The notes under the pieces: model-generated | Databases searched by the model: none | The model's input: only the letters and a program-made list of their open reading frames with translations | Told to the model about the DNA's origin: nothing | Assembly (NCBI GenBank): GCA_963839205.1 | Contig: CAWITU010000002.1 | Location: forward strand, 75,034 to 139,033 | Reading direction: 5' to 3' | Source of the DNA: an uncultured bacterium | GTDB taxonomy: Bacteria; Patescibacteriota; Minisyncoccia; Phycocordibacterales; CAWITU01 | DNA: 64,000 bases | Shown here: positions 59,853-64,000 of the stretch, piece after piece | How positions within the stretch are numbered: position 1 is the stretch's first letter | Layout: every line of letters begins with the position of its first letter | Translations under genes and position numbers: made by a program

Positions 59853-62800
59853 ATGAATCCTGAAGCAGAAGTAACTAAATCAAATATTGCCAAAAGGGAG
59901 GAGGAAATTCTTGAATTTTGGAAGAAAAACCGAATTTTTGAGAAAAGCCTTGAAAAGGATTCTCCAAAAGGGAATTTCGTCTTTTATGATGGGCCTCCAT
60001 TTGCAACAGGCCTACCTCACTTTGGTCATATTCTTCCGACAACAATTAAGGACTTAATTCCTCGTTATAAAACAATGAGGGGTTACCACGTACCTAGGCG
60101 TTGGGGCTGGGATTGCCACGGCTTACCGATTGAAAATCTAGTTGAAAAAGAACTCGGGCTAAAAAATAAAAAAGATATTGAGCAATATGGTATAGAAAAA
60201 TTTAATGCCGCCGCCAGAGTAAGTGTTCTTCGCTTTGCAGATCAATGGAAAGAAATTATTCCACGACTCGGTAGATGGGTTGATATGGAAAATGATTATC
60301 GTACAATGAACTCATCGTACAGCGAATCAGTTTGGTGGTCATTCAAAAAACTTTTTGAAAAGGGATTGGTCTACGAAAGTTTTAAAGTCATGCCGTATTG
60401 TCCGCATTGCGGAACAACACTTTCTAATTTTGAAGTTGGATCAAGGGTATAAAGATATAGCTGATATTTCCGCTTATGTTAAATTCGAGTTAGTAGATGA
60501 ACCTGGGACCTACGTCTTGGCGTGGACGACAACGCCATGGACTCTTCCTGGGAATGTCGCGCTAGCAGTTGGAAAGGATATTGAATATTCCAAAAAAAGA
60601 TAGGAAATGATTTTTATATAATTGCTAAAGAAAGACTATCAGTTGTAAAGGAAAAGTCACGAAGAAATTGAAAACAATTTCTGGCGCTGATTTGGTTGGT
60701 AAATCATATAAACCAGTTTTTGATTATTATAAAGATACCATATTAAAGAATGTGGTCGGAGAGGAAATTAAGACTAAAAGTGGTTGGAAAATATATTCAG
60801 CAGATTTTGTCACCATAACTGATGGTACTGGTATTGTTCATATCGCTCCAGCTTTTGGAGAAGACGATTTTCAATTAGCAAAGAAAGAAAACCTTCCTTT
60901 TGTTCAGCATGTTGATGGTGAAGGTAAATTTAAATCTGAAGCTATTGATTTTGTTGGGCAGTTAGTTAAACCAAAAGAGGACCCACAGAAAGGGGATATT
61001 GAAATTATAAAAAATCTGGCTCATCGTGGTTTTCTTTTTGCTAAAGAAAAATTTATTCACTCATATCCGCATTGTTGGAGATGCGATACACCACTTTTAA
61101 ATTTTGCGACTTCATCATGGTTTATAAAGGTTACGCAGTATAAAGACAAACTTGTTTCATTAAATAAATCTGTTAAATGGGTGCCAGAAACAGTTGGGGA
61201 TGGTCGTTTTGGTAAGTGGCTTGAGAATGCAAGGGATTGGGCAGTTTCAAGGTCTCGCTATTGGGGAACACCAATGCCTATTTGGAGATGTGATAAATGC
61301 GAAAAAGTTGAAATTATTGAATCAATTGATAATCTCAAAACCAAGACAAAAAGAAATAAATATATCTTGATGAGACATGGGCAGGCTATGGGTAATTTGG
61401 ATGATTGAATAAGTTGTTCCGCATCGGATACAGAAAATCATTTAACGCCGAAGGGTAGGGAAAAAGTTAATTTAAGTGCCCAAAAACTTAAAGAAAATAA
61501 AATTGATTTGATTTTTGGCTCTGATATTTTGCGTGCCAAGGAAACGGCTAATATTGTTGCTGAAACTCAGGGAATTAAAAAGAAGTTATCTATGACGAAA
61601 GACTCCGAGAATACGATGTTGGTAAAACTCCAATGAAAACCTGGAAAGAATTTGGAGACGTTTATACTTACAAAGATCGTTTTGATAAGACTTTCCCAGA
61701 AGGTGAAACATTTAGAGATGTTGCCAAGAGAATGGCTAATTTCATCTATGATATTGATTCAAGGTATGAAGGAAAAACAATTTTGATAGTTAGTCATCAA
61801 GCTCCAATTATGATGTTGGAACTTCTAAATAGTGGCAGAACTTTAGATATGATAAGCGAATTTACGAGACCAGAACGTCATCTTGTTATTTTGTTCCAGC
61901 CGAGTTTCGACATTTTGATTTCGCTCCCTTACCACATAATGAAAATTACGAATTAGATTTGCATCGACCATTTAGTGATAGGGTTTCTTGGTCATGCTCA
62001 TGTGGAGGAGAAATGAAAAGAGTTCCAGAAGTATTTGATACTTGGTATGACTCTGGGGCAGTTCCTTTTGCTTCAAATCATTATCCTTTTGAGAATAGTA
62101 AAAAAAATCTTTTGGGATTTGGGATGAAACCAAAGAAATTCCCAGCAGATTTTATTGCTGAAGGACAGGACCAAACTAGAGGTTGGTTTTATTCACTCTT
62201 AGCATTAAACGGCCCAATCTTTGGAGTTTCTCCTTATAAAAACGTGGTAGTTAATGGAACTGTTTTGGCCGAAGATGGACAGAAGATGTCAAAGCGTTTG
62301 AATAACTACCCACCACTTTTGGAAACTGTTGGGAAATTTAGTGCAGATGCTCTCCGATACTTTTTAATGACCTCTCCTGCTGTCAAAGCAGAAGACGTAG
62401 CTTTTGCAGTGAAAGGCGTCGATGAAGTTCAGAAGAAAGTTCTCATGCGACTTTTGAATGTCGTTTCATTTTATGAAATGTACGTGTCCCGCGAAGCTTC
62501 TGTAACAAATGCGAAGTGGAACGGGAAGAAAAGTAAAAATGTTCTTGATCAATGGATTATTGCTCGTTTAAATCAGACTAATCAGATTGTTTCTAATTCG
62601 TTAGAAGCGTATGAATTAGATAAAGCTTCTAGACCAATTGCTGATTTTGTAGAAGACCTTTCCGTTTGGTACTTGAGACGTTCGCGCGATAGATTTAAAG
62701 GTGACGATGAAGAGGATAAACAGTTTGCTCTTTCGACAACGCAGTTCGTACTTCAGGAATTTTCAAAGTTGATTGCTCCATTTATGCCATTTTTGGCAGA

Positions 62801-63383
62801 GGATATTTACCAAAGAGTTAAGAATAATGATGCGCGCGAGAGCGTGCACTTGGAAGAGTGGCCCGCCTCCGCCGGAGCTTCGGCGGGCGAGGCCCAACTA
62901 ATTGATCAAATGGTAGAGGTCAGAAGAGTTTGCTCTCTAGCTCTAGAGTTAAGACAGAAAGCAAATATAAAAGTTAGACAACCACTTTCTGTTTTGAAAA
63001 TTAAAGCAGAAATACTTTCAGATTTATTAGAACTAATTAAGGATGAAATAAACGTTAAAAAAGTTTTAAATGATAAAAGCATCCAAAATGAAGTTGATCT
63101 TGATTTGGTAATCACTCCAGAACTTAAAGAAGAGGGAATTGTTAGGGATATCATGAGGGCTATTCAGGATCTCCGAAAGGAAAAGAATCTTAAGCTTGGT
63201 GAGGAGGTCTCAATTTTGATTGAGACTAGTGATGAAATGAAAACACTAATTGAGAAAAATCTCGCAGAAATTTCAAAATTAACTAGTTTAAAAGAAATTG
63301 CCTTTGCTCAAAATGACGGCGAGTCTCTTAAAATTGATGAGACCGAAGTAAAAATCAATGTCGCATCACATCTATCAAACTGA
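59853..63383 (+). pseudogene. ileS: Isoleucine--tRNA ligase (type 2) fragmented over at least 5 ORFs, with an embedded histidine-phosphatase-like module
   Basis: '[11 protein letters not shown]' (HIGH), '[11 protein letters not shown]', 'WRCDTPLL', 'DLHRPFSD..CGGEMKRVPEVFDTWYDSG', 'KMSKRLNNY' (KMSKS) across ORFs 59853, 60355, 60668 and 61959. Frame changes at A-runs (for example ccaaaaaaaga ~60595). Confidence 0.75.
61365..61945 (+). other. Histidine phosphatase (PGM/SixA-family) module inserted in frame within ileS; contains an in-frame TGA and a frameshift
   Basis: 'KYILMRHGQAMGNLDD*ISCSASDTENHLTPKGREKV...IDLIFGSDILRAKETANIV' then, in another frame, 'YDERLREYDVGKTPMKTWKEFGD...GKTILIVSHQAPIMMLELL'. 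The N-junction is in frame with ileS. Confidence 0.45.
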
Positions 63384-63942
63384 AGCCTTTGTTATAGATA
63401 GTAATAGCTACAGGGAGGCCGATAAAATTATCACGCTTTTTACTAAGGAGTTAGGACTTCTTCAAGCGAGGGCAGTTGGAGTTAGACTTCTTCAGTCCAA
63501 ACTTCGTTACTCACTCCAAGATTTTTCGTATGCCAAGGTATCGTTAGTTCGTGGTAGAGAATTGTGGAGATTGACCAGTGCCGGTTCAGCTTACAATATT
63601 GTTTCTAAAATTAGCCCAGAAAGTTTTGTTTTTGCGCGAGCCTTATCTTTGATTAAAAGACTAGTTCATGGAGAAGAGAAGAATGAAAATTTATGGTTAA
63701 CACTCTTTAATGCTCTAAATTTTTTAAAAAGTGATGATGTTTCAAAGATTAATTCCGAATATGTAGAATGGGTATTGGTGCTTAGAATTCTCCACGCGCT
63801 CGGGTATGTGGCACCGAATCCTGAGACTCTACCGTTTCTAAAAGATTTGGAGTGGAGCCCGGCGCTTATTGAGTCCGCGCCGGGCTCTAAAAAATCAATA
63901 CTTCTATCTATTAATGAAGCTTTAAAACAAAGTCAGCTCTAA
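63358..63942 (+). CDS. recO: DNA repair protein RecO
   Basis: 'YQTEAFVIDSNSYREADKIITLFTKELGLLQARAVGVR'; ~194 aa. Confidence 0.75.
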   Translation: MSHHIYQTEAFVIDSNSYREADKIITLFTKELGLLQARAVGVRLLQSKLRYSLQDFSYAKVSLVRGRELWRLTSAGSAYNIVSKISPESFVFARALSLIKRLVHGEEKNENLWLTLFNALNFLKSDDVSKINSEYVEWVLVLRILHALGYVAPNPETLPFLKDLEWSPALIESAPGSKKSILLSINEALKQSQL

Positions 63943-64000
63943 TTATGTATAAGCGAGCTTCCACAAATCCTCGCTAGCCGTTATAATTTATAATATGGTA

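Noticed and set aside
61406-61408. UGA-recoded genetic code
   Set aside because: Many genes use TGA as a terminator in ATGA overlaps, so the standard code applies.

Overview
This is a low-GC (~35-38%) bacterial chromosomal segment with compact, often overlapping genes. TGA functions as a stop codon, as shown by ATGA start/stop overlaps. The gene content (type IV pilin, DUF1566-type DGR targets, many small secreted hypothetical proteins) suggests a Patescibacteria/CPR-like organism; this is inference. The most notable content is two independent, apparently complete diversity-generating retroelements (DGRs). DGR-1 (232-2785, minus strand) has an RT, an oppositely oriented Avd, TR1 and a GC-rich target gene with a C-terminal VR1. 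DGR-2 (40441-43047, plus strand) has a DUF1566 target with VR2, then Avd, TR2 and RT. In both cases TR and VR differ only at template adenines, and a GC hairpin follows the VR. Other content: a Type II R-M cluster (two Dam-family N6-adenine MTases plus a 512-aa putative REase) beside an XRE/ImmA pair; two ECF sigma factors; Hsp20; a P-type ATPase; a CcdA-thioredoxin fusion; LctP; a Zur-ZnuABC locus; pyrD; a folate/thymidylate cluster (folD, folA, thyA, tmk, glyA, dCMP deaminase); secE-nusG-rplK; argS, ileS and recO. Many housekeeping genes (pyk, eno, nrdJ, uppP, a DedA-PAP2 gene, dCMP deaminase, ileS, DUF4430 surface proteins) are broken by clustered frameshifts, mainly at 26.5-38 kb and 60-62 kb. 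These are either real pseudogenes or homopolymer indel errors. ileS additionally carries an in-frame histidine-phosphatase-like module. A ~110-bp repeat family occurs in inverted orientation at ~47.95 kb and ~56.1 kb. No rRNA, convincing tRNA or CRISPR array was found.
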